A stretch of 64,000 bases of DNA, taken from NCBI GenBank assembly GCA_973895155.1, contig OZ316896.1:5694166-5758165 (forward strand). The letters are read 5' to 3'. The notes below the pieces were generated by a model, which saw only the letters and a list, made by a program, of their open reading frames with translations, made no database searches and had not been told where the DNA came from. The DNA is from Marsupella aquatica. Taxonomy: Eukaryota; Plantae; Marchantiophyta. Positions 11,123-22,585 of this stretch are shown piece by piece (the first letter of the stretch is position 1; every line of letters begins with the position of its first letter). Position numbers and translations under genes: made by a program.

Positions 11123-14100
11123 TCAAACCTGGTCTTTCAAACCTTTGATCCACATGTCGTGGAAAAAGTCATCAGACACCGCTGCTCTGGCAGATTCGTA
11201 GAGAAGGACTCGTTTGCCAAATGACCGTAAAGCACGTTTCTGATGAGAAGTGCATTGCTGAACGACAAAAGTATTCACCAACGTCAGCCTTGTGACAAAC
11301 AAAACCTGTCGAGGAGATAGATAATAAGACATTGACAAAATGAGCTCACCTGGATATCGTCTCAGACATAGGCCGGACAGTGATTATAGTAGTCAAAATG
11401 TGGAAAAATGCACGTAGGAAGTGGGCCCTCAATGGTTCGGGGTCATAAACGCTGATGTAGATGCAAAACTTACATAAGATTTTTTCTTGACGAGAATGTC
11501 TGCTACATAGTGAATCCAATGACAATTTGTTTGCGGAAAACTGCAAGAATACACAATTTGTGAGGAAGCCTTTACTTGGCTTTAGATATATGTTTGACAA
11601 ACAATTTCCCACTGATTCCCGAGTGAGCCTTGCTAATATCATTTGAAAACAAGCGAAATGCAAACTAGGGATTTTGTACCAATCAAATGGGTTCATTTTG
11701 TTAAATCTATACCTCCCTTCCCAATTCCCTTTCGTTACGCTGAGCATCCTTCGGTAAGTGTCAGCCTGCAGTCCAAAATCAAACTGTAATCAGCTCAAAC
11801 TCCATCAAAGAGAATGTTTTGTAAATTGGGGACTAGATACGATCCTTGTAAACAAAAGAGAAGTCATTGGCTGAATGGTAGTAGTTGACCAACTGCAAAA
11901 TAGAACTTCCCAGCTTGGTAGTGATGCATGCTCCAAGGAATATGGCACTAACAAGCCCCTATGGTTCAAGTCAGGGAGGATGGAACCTGAGTATCTCTTG
12001 AAGGGCCCTCAAAAAGTGCCGGATCAGCAGATAGATTGCAGAAGAACACATGCTTGCCTGCAAATAATACAAATCATTATTCTCATGATTTCGCATCGGT
12101 TACTGGTGTTGGATCATACCGCCGAAACCTACAAGGCTGCTGTGGAAGGCCCTACAAGGGAATTCCCACATAGTAACAGTTCTACCGAAAAACTATCACG
12201 TTGATTCTTGCATCCATGACAGGCGTCCATTGAATATCGCGGTGGAAAGCAATAAGAGAATAAAGTGCACGAGTGACGGCATGTTGCACCTGTGGCGATG
12301 CGAGACAAAGTAAAGTCAATGATGGACACAGACACGCCCGACGTCTTCACTTTGAGAACTTCATCGCACAATCTGTAGTAGCCACAAGTGTACTCCTCAT
12401 CTTTCGCTACAACTATATTCCCCCTGCACACCAGAACTTTGAATAAGAAGGGGAAAGTGACAAAAAATAAGACCAACCAAGTAAAGTTTAAAAAGGCAAA
12501 AGGAATGGATACGATTTAGAATGGCGAGCTGGAAGCAAAACATTATGTAGAGTTCTGACCAGTGTAAGTCTCGATGCTCAAAACCACAGCCAGCTTCTGC
12601 AACTGCAAGGGCGAGAACTACCTGCAAAACACGTTAACAGTCAAATCGAGGAAAAAGGTGTAGTGTGGTCAAGGCTGCTGGAAATAGCACTAGTTTCACA
12701 CAAAATAATACTTAGTTTAGTATTTTGAGTCGCTAAATTCTGCAGTCTGAGCTTCGTTGCCGGAGCAATATGTCGATTATAATAAAGGCACCAGTATCTT
12801 GTTTTATTTCTCATACTTCGTAGGAATATCTCATTACGCCTGGGGAAATCAACTTTACTGAGCAAAAGACCGACTACCTGCAGCAGTAGACTCCGAGCTT
12901 CATCAAAATCAGACAGAACAAAGTACTCTAAATCTTTCCCTCCATCTGCCAACACAAACACCACATACAACTGGTCCACTTCATTTGTTAGTTTTGACTT
13001 TTAGACAAATGATTATACGGTTCTCGTACCCTGACATAGTTAATGACATGGGGAGGAAAAACCAAAGTAGGATTAAAACTTTTCATGGTCCCAGAAGGCA
13101 CCTGATGTTGAGGAAAGATCATAGGATGGTCGTTATCGGAGGTGCGGAGAGCATCCCAATCCTCCCAAGCTCGACACAACTCCTCCCCGTAACTTCCCTG
13201 ACAAATACGAATCCTGCCAGTAGACAAACCGTGAAGGATATAATTCGTCATCTGTCGCTGTCGTTCCAATATGGACAGACTAAGTTTGAGGAATGTATCT
13301 GACGATGCAACCCTCAGCAATCCAAAACCTTTTGCCGGATAAGTTACAAAGGGTAGCATTCAAAAGAAGTCAACTCAGATACATAGTACATTCGTTGAAT
13401 ACATACGCTTTTGTGTTGATGAAATTTGTACAATAATTCGAACAGTTCATTGAATCTTGCGCATCTAAACCCCGCAGGCGATTGAGCGTATTCGTTAGAA
13501 GTACCTCGCTGTATATTTCTGCAGATGTCTGGATTTGGAGTCAAGCAAATGACACATGAGCGGTCCACTTTCAGACCAAGTGTGTAGTGGCTTGGATAAA
13601 GAGTAAACATCGATTCAAGTGATATATCTCTCCGGAAGCGTTTAACAGGAAGGATGGACTTATTGACTGATAAGATGAACGACCAAAAGCTCAAAGCATG
13701 GCACATTCAGTATCCAGATTCGAGAGTACCGTCGATTTCGACTGTTGTTCAATCCTCAGTAAACTGTAAAGAACCTTATTCCATAAACTATAGTAGGTCC
13801 TCTCTATCGTAAACTTGGTACCAAGAGCAGGGAAGCGAAATGCATCTAATAAGTCACCTTTTGAACTTCCGCATTCACCATAAAATCACCATCCATGGGA
13901 ACTATCTTGAAGACGCATCCACCTCCCTTGAATGCTTCACCAAACGTTCCTTCGCCCAGCTTCACAATTTCCGACAATTCACTGCCATCCATCACGAGTC
14001 AGTTCCAGAGGCAGATATTCAATCTCCGAATCGCTGTAGGCAAGATATACTCACCAGAAATCAGCTATTGCGCCTCGCAAGCTTAACGGCCGTGTCTGGT

Positions 14101-16328
14101 GACACTCTTCAAGTAGAGCTTCAAGTATAGGAAGCGGCTCTTCGGCGCTTGTTTCCAGGGAGATCTTTCGACCTTGTGGGAACAGCTCTGTGTCTTTAAG
14201 CTTCTCTTTGTCGATGACTTTCGAATGCTCCCCTTCGTCGTCTTCCACCACCGTGTTCAAATTCTGCCCACCATCTTCCCCGATCCATAGGCTCCTGAGC
14301 TCAGAAACTAAGACGCTGCAGTCGTCAAGAGACGATCTCTTCTCATCCGCTTTAGAAGAAGACAGGTTTTCTTCGAAACTCACGGACAAATCAGAGCGCG
14401 CACTCAGTATCTTTACGTCTGAGGTGTAATGATGAAGTGCAGATTCGTCACCCCCAAAGGATGCTGTTGGAGAACTGTAGTCTTCAGAGTCCGATGGAGT
14501 ACTCCACAATGTTGAAGACCATGATTGTGTAGACGACTCTGAAGACCCAGATTTGCAAGATGATGATTGTGAAGAGACTTCGCGGCTGTTACGATGTTCC
14601 AATACCGAATGTGGGGTGAGCAAAATGGCACTCAGACCACTATACTCTTCAAATTCGCCTTCGGGAACAATGTCCAGGCCACATCTGCGATTCAGTACTT
14701 CTTGCGGCACATTCAGATGCTCCTTTGGCCACTCTTGTGGACAGGGCTTTGCAGCCCAAGCTGGGCTCTCTTCTTCCGACTCCAATTCAAAGGAGTCAAT
14801 TTCAGCAAACATGGCCTGCTTCTCTTTGACAAACTCAACGGGAGGAATCACCTTTCGATTCCGATTTACCTGCAATAATTCTCGGCCAATCAGGAAGAGT
14901 TACCTGTGCCTTCGATTAACTCATGACTTAAATTAGAAATTAACTGCATTTACATTCGGGGCTTAAAAGAGATGAGAAAATTGCAAATAGCTCTATGAAT
15001 AATAGCTAAGTGTGAGAGCAATGCACCAAACAACGGAGTCTCCACAGCACAGGACTCCCATGAAAGACAATTGCTGCTGGGAAAGAGGAGGAATTAGATC
15101 ACACCGACATACAAAGCAATATACCGTTCAACATTGGCAGCCTGGAAGAAAATGTGAGCATCAGCGTTGACATTCTAATTTTCCAATTTCATCATGTGAT
15201 TGCGTCCTGAAAAGCATTGCGTAGCCCATCTCTTCGTTGACGATTGTTGGCATTTTCAGTACTTCATTTGACAATTGGCGCTCTATTAGTTTCAGTCATG
15301 GGAGCACCTATACACTGATCTAATCTTTAAAAATCGTACGAGCCGCAAACCCAGAAGAGGAGGACCATCGTACCGCAGGCTTCTTGGGTTCGTTGCGTAG
15401 ATTTCCTTCGACGCATTTCGCTTGCCTTCTGTTTTCGCTCTTAAAAAGCGTCCCTACCCATCTGTAGGCCATTTCGGTAAGGTTGAATTCTTCCCCCCAG
15501 CTCAGACTTATCCTTCTTCCTCTGCGCGGAGAACAGCGAAGTCAGATCCTTGCGAGGTGAACACGATCAACTGTCATCCTGTCATTTTCCTTGACTTCCT
15601 ATTGAACATCATCGCACAACGCTCCTTGCTTAGCTTATCCATAAGAAGGATTACCAGCATAGAGCATAGCAGCTAACCTGGTAAAAGTTGAAATAGGGCA
15701 TCACCATTCTAGTAAATTCTAAGATAGGTGGGTTGTGGGGTTCTTCTGAATTTTGCACGACCGCTTTCAGTCCCCAAAGATATGAAAATCAAGCAACAAA
15801 ATGTTCCTTTGTAGCGGGAGTCCTCGAATAGGTTTGCCGACCCTGTGTCTAGGATTACTAGTCAGAGCCAAATAATCAGGAGATGGAGGCTTACTTGGAG
15901 GACAGAGATCGATCAATCCAGCTCTTCCGAGTTGTCTTCTCGGCATTGACGCACTCACTCCTGCTTATTCATCAGAAACATGGTAAAGGTCCAGAGTCAA
16001 ATTGTCGTATCACATTTGTTTGAACCGAAATGGAGATACAAAAAGGGCCATGGAACAACAGCTGCTTGGCTGACCATCCAAAGAAGCCGGATCTGAATCG
16101 CCGAGAATGAGTATTTTCCGGCAGACAAATGAGATTGGGCACGAAAGAAAGAGTACGGTTATAATTATCCATATTTCTTGCAGAGGGGGGAAACACTTGC
16201 CCGTTTTTCTCCGATACAACTAACGACAGTCGCGAGCTCGGATCGTCTTGAACGTCTGCCACGTTCGCAGGTTGGTCCGAGAGAGGCTTCCTTTGGCGGC
16301 GCTTGTAAACCAATGTCTTTTTCTCCAT
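11123..16328 (-). CDS. HASPIN: Haspin-family atypical Ser/Thr kinase (histone H3T3 kinase), about 709 aa, 14 exons
   Basis: Phase-consistent exons: 16201-16328 (GC donor), 15895-15960, 15374-15521, 14055-14869, 13858-13981, 13407-13528, 13102-13213, 12878-12970, 12560-12621, 12290-12423, 11987-12057, 11713-11765, 11474-11540, 11123-11257. Motifs: IVKLGEGTFGEAF, KIVPMDGDFMVN, ICQGSY, DGGKDLE, FEHRDLHWGN, IIDFTLSRI (haspin DF/YT in place of DFG), DPALFEG, TYRRM, FPQTNCHWIHY. The kinase exons are secure. The first three exons are less certain. Confidence 0.92.
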
Positions 16329-17529
16329 GTCTCCACCCGGGATTTAGTCTGCAAGTTGACACCACTCGGTACCATCAGTCCCAGCGTCGGGAACAGAGCC
16401 AGTTTAACGGAAGTCGAAGCTCCAGAGTAGCGCAAACCACGTCAATCAAATGAATTGAACCGACCCATTGGAACTGAAACGCAGAATTCCCAATAGCCAC
16501 CCAGAAATCAGAGGCAGCAAACTTCTAAACTAGTAGGCGACCCCTAAAGCGTAACGTAAACAACCATACGACTCGCAGCTGGCAATGGAGCGCGCGATCC
16601 ATGATAGCATTCATTGGACTGAAAGGTGAGAGAATCCTAATCGATATCAACATCAGAGTTGCAAATTCAGCCTACATCATCGCTCCAAAGCAAGGTGCGC
16701 TGACACCAATATGTTTCAGTTCCACGCCCGACCTACAACCGTGTTCCCCTCCTAAAGAGCCTGCTCTCACTTCATTAAAGCCCGAAGATCACGACTTCAA
16801 TCTGTCCTCACATCCTACCAACGCATCGATTCTCACGTTCCCGAGACCGCATTTCTATCGAGCCCCATGAGCTGTGGAGAAGAACAGAGCACGCTACGGA
16901 ATAGATTAAATAGAATGAGGAAATTGGGGCGGGGTTGCAGACATTATTTTCTGCAGTTGAAGCCTGTCCTTCAATTGCTCACGACGACCATTAGAGTTGC
17001 CACAAAAACTCTCATGGACGCGAGCTGCGATGATTCACTACTCAATTTCATCCGTCCCGAGAAGAGAATCGGCAATCGCAGCTGGTGCGGCAGTAGGCGA
17101 GCTACCGTAGTCATCGGAGACCGGCAATCAGACCATATCCCCAGACTCCAGAGGGCATCTCGCAATCCACCAATTGTTTTGATCAAAATCAAGCCTGTCA
17201 CGCTAAACGGGGAATTCAGCCGCCGCAATGAGTGGAACGAGGTGATCGAGGTGCTCGAAAAGCAGCTGCACTAATAAGCGGGGCGGCTCTGGCAGCTTTG
17301 TACAGGAAAGGACCTCGCCATCCCTGCATCGCGAGTCATGGATGCCATCTTTTCCAGTAACTGCTCTAAGCTCTGCTCTGTTCTGCTGTGCGTTTTCAAA
17401 CAGAGAGAACGGGACTGAGAGACTGAGAGAGAGTCAGATGGGGCATTTTTTCAAATACTGGCTAGAGAAGAAGCGCCAAAGGCGGAGCCAACGGTAACGT
17501 AAAAGATGCTACGGTAAAGGTACAGTACT

Positions 17530-17571
17530 GCCATCCGGGTTAGCACGGAAGCCATCCGGGTTAGCACGGAA
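17530..17571. repeat. Perfect 21-bp tandem duplication upstream of the Haspin gene
   Basis: GCCATCCGGGTTAGCACGGAA occurs twice in tandem. Confidence 0.9.
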
Positions 17572-17650
17572 AACTTAACAGGGGCTCTCCCTCAAAGCTC
17601 AAATTTAATTAGTTCGCGGACCCCTTGGCTAATAAAATCAGGGGGAAGAG

Positions 17651-17923
17651 TCGATCTGAGTCGTCTCCATTTCTTATCTCCGGAAATTTTGTCCGTCCAT
17701 CATAATGGCCAATCTATGGCTCAAAAGAAAGATCTCAAATAGATCTATGGATGGGTTCTATACGTTTAGCAAATGGGTTAATATTTTCGATCTGAGTCGT
17801 CTCCATTTCTTATCTCCGGAAATTTTGTCCGTCCATCATAATGGCCAATCTATGGCTCAAAAGAAAGATCTCAAATAGATCTATGGATGGGTTCTATACG
17901 TTTAGCAAATGGGTTAATATTTT
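17651..17923. repeat. Near-perfect 136-bp tandem duplication, with a degenerate third copy near 18010-18120
   Basis: TCGATCTGAGTCGTCTCCATTTC...GGGTTAATATTTT starts at 17651 and again at 17787. Confidence 0.9.
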
Positions 17924-18640
17924 TCAAATGAAAAATTAAACAAATCCAAGCCTTCCTAGCCGTTGATTTTGTTGATTTTACGATCTTTGTCGTCCATTTT
18001 GTAATGCCGCTAGAAATTTTATTCATCCATGTTAGAAGGCGATCTAGGGTGCAAAAGAAAGATCTCAATGAGATCTATGACTGGGTATTTTTTGTTTTGA
18101 GAATGAGTAAATATTTTTGAGTATAAAATTCGATGAACTTTCAAGATTCCAACCATTCCTCCTCCCCGATCTTGGGTTTCTATGTGCTCTTCCCAACATT
18201 AATGGCCGTACAATACGAGAGGTCCTCACATACCGGGAGTTGCGGTTTAACAAGGAAGTTATCAAGTTAGTTATTAGTCATTATTTATTATATGAAAAAT
18301 ATTTTTTATAAATCTTTGAATTTAAGTTTTAAAATTGGAAATGTAACTAAAACGATTACATAGTGACAGTTTTAACCATCTTGCTCTTTGCATTTCCAAT
18401 GTTTTTACTTTCTTTTTACAGCACGGCGTCCCAAAATTTACACCCAAATTGACACAAACACGAATGAAAACTATAACTTTGATTCACAAAACCGACGAGT
18501 CTTGTTTGTTGCGGTTGTTGTTGATGTGGCATGTTGTGGTGCCAGGAATTTTGGAAGGGACTTCTAGTGGGGTCCGTAATAATAGGGGGTCTCATTTTTG
18601 GACCCGCGGGATCATACGGGACGGATACCCGCCAAAGTGT

Positions 18641-19360
18641 GCAGACATCCGAAACCATGATCGTCACACTTCTGGTCCGGAGGCTGAAGTTGTCCAGTGA
18701 CTCTTTTGGCTCAGTTTGTTCATGACCTCCACCTGCCACAATTCTGGTTGGACTCTGCATGCCGCGCTCCACCCCAAATGCTCGAGTTGACAAAGAGGAA
18801 GATGAAATGTGGGAGGGAAATCGATAGATCAGGAAGTTGATAGTCTATTTTCTGAGGACTACAGACGGATGGTTTCAAATATGTGGACATCCGAAACCGT
18901 GATCGTCACACTTCTGGTCCGGGGGCCGAAGTTGTCCCATGACCGTTTTGGCTCAGTTTATTCACGACCTCCGCCTGCCACAACTCTGGTTGGACTCTGC
19001 ATGCAGCGCGCCTCCCCGAGTGCTCGAGCTCACAAAGAGGAAGATAAAATGTGGGAGGGAAGTCAATAGATCAAGAAGTCGATAGTCTACTTCCTAAGGA
19101 GTACAGACGGATGGTTTCAAATATGCAGACATCTGAAACCGTGGTCATCACACTTCTGGCTGAAGTTGTCCCGTGACAGTTTTGGCTCAGTTTATTCACG
19201 ACCTTCGCCTGCCACAACTCTGGTTGGACTTTGCATACAGCCCGCCTCCCCACGTGCTCAAGCTGACAAAGAGGAAGGCGCAATGCGTGAGGGAAGTAGA
19301 TAGATCTGGGAGTCGATAGTAGATTTTTTAAGGAGTAGAGACAGATGGTTTCAAATATGT
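18641..19360. repeat. Three diverged tandem copies of a ~242-bp unit
   Basis: GACATC(C/T)GAAACC at 18644, 18886 and 19128. Shared internal blocks include TTTGGCTCAGTTT, CCTGCCACAA, CTGGTTGGACT and CAAAGAGGAAG. Confidence 0.9.
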
Positions 19361-20572
19361 CAATGGTACTGGCTGGAAAACTAACGACCTCACACATGCA
19401 AGACGGCTTTTAGAGCCAACTCGCATCTGAACTTCCTGAACAATACGGCCCTCAGCATTCACAACATGTTAAACCACACCTGCCCCTATAAAGGGCTACG
19501 GGTAACCCGTAGCTCTCATTCTAAGGAGTAGAAGTTCAGAAATTGGCTTTGAGTTCCACAAAAGGTGCTGACTGCAAAACTGCAAAACCTTTTTTTGTCA
19601 AGTACTCCACCAAACATGCTAGTGTTCCACCTTTTATGGTGAGTAGTGAGACATGGAATGAGACTTTTATAGTGGCAAGTGTGGTTTAAGGAGAAGCAGA
19701 TATGGTTTGACAAGTTGCCTGGCACACAATAAAGCTTGTAATGGCAGGGTTTCATGATGTGTGTCCCATTTGGGTTTTTGTGTTATGTTGGAGTTTGAGG
19801 TAGGGACTCCAAGGCTGGAAAGTTTCAGGCCCTTGCCCTTGTGACTCCTTGTTTTCTGCCTGGACTTCCAAGGGCAAGGAAAGTTTCCAGCCCTTGAAGT
19901 ATTGACCCACAAACTTCATAATAAAACAAAGTGTGGTTGTTTAAGGTTCGGGAGGTAACAACAATGGAGGGACACGACCAGCCTTGTGCACTTGACTTGT
20001 GGCAGGGCAGGAGATATACTTTCCAGATCGTTTTGCAAGTGCTAAGGGTTGCAATGTTGAGGGCTGCTACATGTGAGTTGGCTCGTAACTTAGGAGTTAA
20101 CTTTATAGACAGAAAAAAATGAACTACCAAATTCATAATTCATAACATTTTGCCATAAAGATTGGTCATATGCCTTTATCCATAAGTCACTCTAGAGGCT
20201 AGTAATTTTTTTTTACACAACCTTCTAAAGTAGCCATACGTAAAGTAGCAACACAAAGGAGCTCCTCTTCACTTGAATTGGCCCCAAATCAGCAACAAAG
20301 AGTGAATGAATTAATGAGGGCAGTGGAAAAGAGAATAGCCACAAAGCTTTATGTCCATGTGCAATGACACCAAAAATCTAAAATAGGTTGTTCATTCTAA
20401 CTTGAACTTATACACTTCTCTAAGACACAGATCAGCTAGTTTCTATGCCTTATCTTTCCTGCTTACACCCTTATTATGGTCATTTCACAATGCCACAAGT
20501 ACAAGAAAACCAAAACAGATAGTCAAAACTCTGGCGCAATCCCCAGGCATTGTGTTTGGGGGATGACACTCG

Positions 20573-20866
20573 TGTTAGGAATTGACTCTAGTTCCCGACA
20601 TAGTTAGCTTGGCCTTACTAGGGTTAGTTTTAACCCTAGATTACATTAGGATAAGATCCGCTTAGTTTAGGCCCACTCATCTTGGCCCCCTTGGGGGTAT
20701 AGGCTGGAGGGAGAGCACTCTCTCCCTCATTCTTCACATGTACTCTCATTTGCTATGGAGCCTTCAGGAGTTTCTCCACTCGGGGTGTCTCGTCGGTGTA
20801 GCGTCTGATTGAGTGTCTCTCATATTTCCGCATTGCTGTCTAGTCCGGAGCCGACGGTTTCTTACA
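20573..20866 (+). repeat. 5' LTR of the copia element
   Basis: TGTTAGG...CTTACA, followed by AG and the PBS. Confidence 0.97.
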
Positions 20867-22585
20867 AGTGGTATCAGAGCCTCGCGTTCGTGGTTCGGTG
20901 GCCTGGGCAGTGGTGAGAGCGTTTCATTGTGTTGGATCGTGGTGGAAGATTGAATCGTCGTCAATGATTGCGTGATTGTTTCACTGGTCGTTTCGCGTTG
21001 AAGGTTTCGTGCTTGAATACGGTGACGGTTTCCCGATTGAAACTTCAGCTTGGAGTGTCGGATGTGTCTCTGTTGTTTGAAGTACTGTCAAGAGGACAGT
21101 CTAGCGATCTCTTATGCGCGTCGGCGGGCACTACGTTTTGGTGAAGGTTTCAGTGCTTTTCATCATTGGTGTGCCGAGTAATCTTGTATATTGAGGTTGC
21201 TGTTTAGAGCTTTATGCTCTTGGTTATGGCTTATGTAAGGTTCGTCTCTCTCTCGTGTGGGGCCGAAGGAGTCTCTTTCTCTTCGTGAAAAGTCGTGAAT
21301 TGTGGGGCCAATGTTGCATTATTTTTGCAAATTTTAGTTCATCCTTAAGTCGCCGTATCGCAACATTATACGGCGCTGCGGACGGGCTTGAGTCCAGCCG
21401 GTGTATTATCTTCGGGCACGAGGCCCTATGTTCCCCATTGGCATTGAGGGAGAGCCCGAGGTCTAAGAAGGTACATCTGTACCTGCAGGTACAGTACTTG
21501 AAAGTACTGTATTGAGTGGGGAGGGGGAGTTCGTAGCTCCCTCCTCTCAAGAGCTCTTGAAGAGGGCACGAGGCCCTGTGCAGGTACGACTGTACTTGCT
21601 GGTACAATTTTATTTTCTTTTAAGTGTGGGGAAGGGAAATTCGTATCTCCCTTCTCTCAGGAGCTTTAATGGGGCCCATTGCCCTATGCTGAAAGAGCGA
21701 AGGGGAGGGGAGAGAGTCTCCTCCTTTGAGGAGCACTTAATAAATGGGGGCTCAAAGCCCTATGGAGGTGTGCAGGAGCCAGGAGGTGCATTAAGCTCCC
21801 TTTTTTCAGGAGCTAGGAGGGGAGTTAATGGTCCCTCTTTCCAGGAGCTTTGAAGGAGGGCTCGAAGCCCTATGATCAAGCCAGGAGGGCTCGAGTGAAT
21901 TTTGAGGGGTACAAGGGGGGCATTAACGGCCCCTGTACCTGGTGCACAGCAGGACGGAGGGCTAGAGTGGAGGTCGACGCGCGACCCTATGCGCGGGAGG
22001 GCAAGGCACGGAAAAGTTTTTTTTAAAGAATTTTTTGAGGTCGGTAGGGACGAACGCTCGTCCCTAGTCTTCATTTTTTTTCTTCTTTGTTCTTTTCTTT
22101 TTCTCTCCGCGATTACTCTTACTTCCCAGGTGGACAGGTGTTGGCTCCACATTTCTTCTGCTGTAAAATTCGACTGTACTTTGATTCCCTCCGAAAGATA
22201 CTTTTCCAGAGAGCTGAATTTTGGCCAAAATTTCCGAATTCGGCGGTTGTCGAGGCAGAATTTTTTCGCACTGCTTTGCAAGGGGATACTCAAGGGAGTT
22301 GAGCACGGGCTTGTGAAATCGATTTGCATTTAACTATGCAAAATTTTTTCGGGACCTAAGATACCCGACGGGGGTCAAAACGGCCATTTTGACCCCCCTC
22401 CGGTCCGGGTTGAATAAGTTTTCGCTGGAGAAGTTTTTTGCCAAATCATTTTCAGATTTTGGTAGTGTACCTTGCAGGCTACGCAGCAGTGCATTCCATT
22501 TCCACTTTCACCAACTTTCATTTTTTGGTGACTTTTTGGGTGGAGGTATTTCGGTTGTGTTTCCTATGTGTTTGTGGCAGCATCA

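Noticed and set aside
16601-17274. Plus-strand ORFs of 89 and 135 aa
   Set aside because: No motifs, and they lie antisense within the probable Haspin 5' leader or intron.
19520-20560. Possible transposase relic continuing after the copia insertion (26969-29200)
   Set aside because: The DNA looks decayed and CpG-poor, but I could not identify a DDE, zinc-finger or other diagnostic motif.
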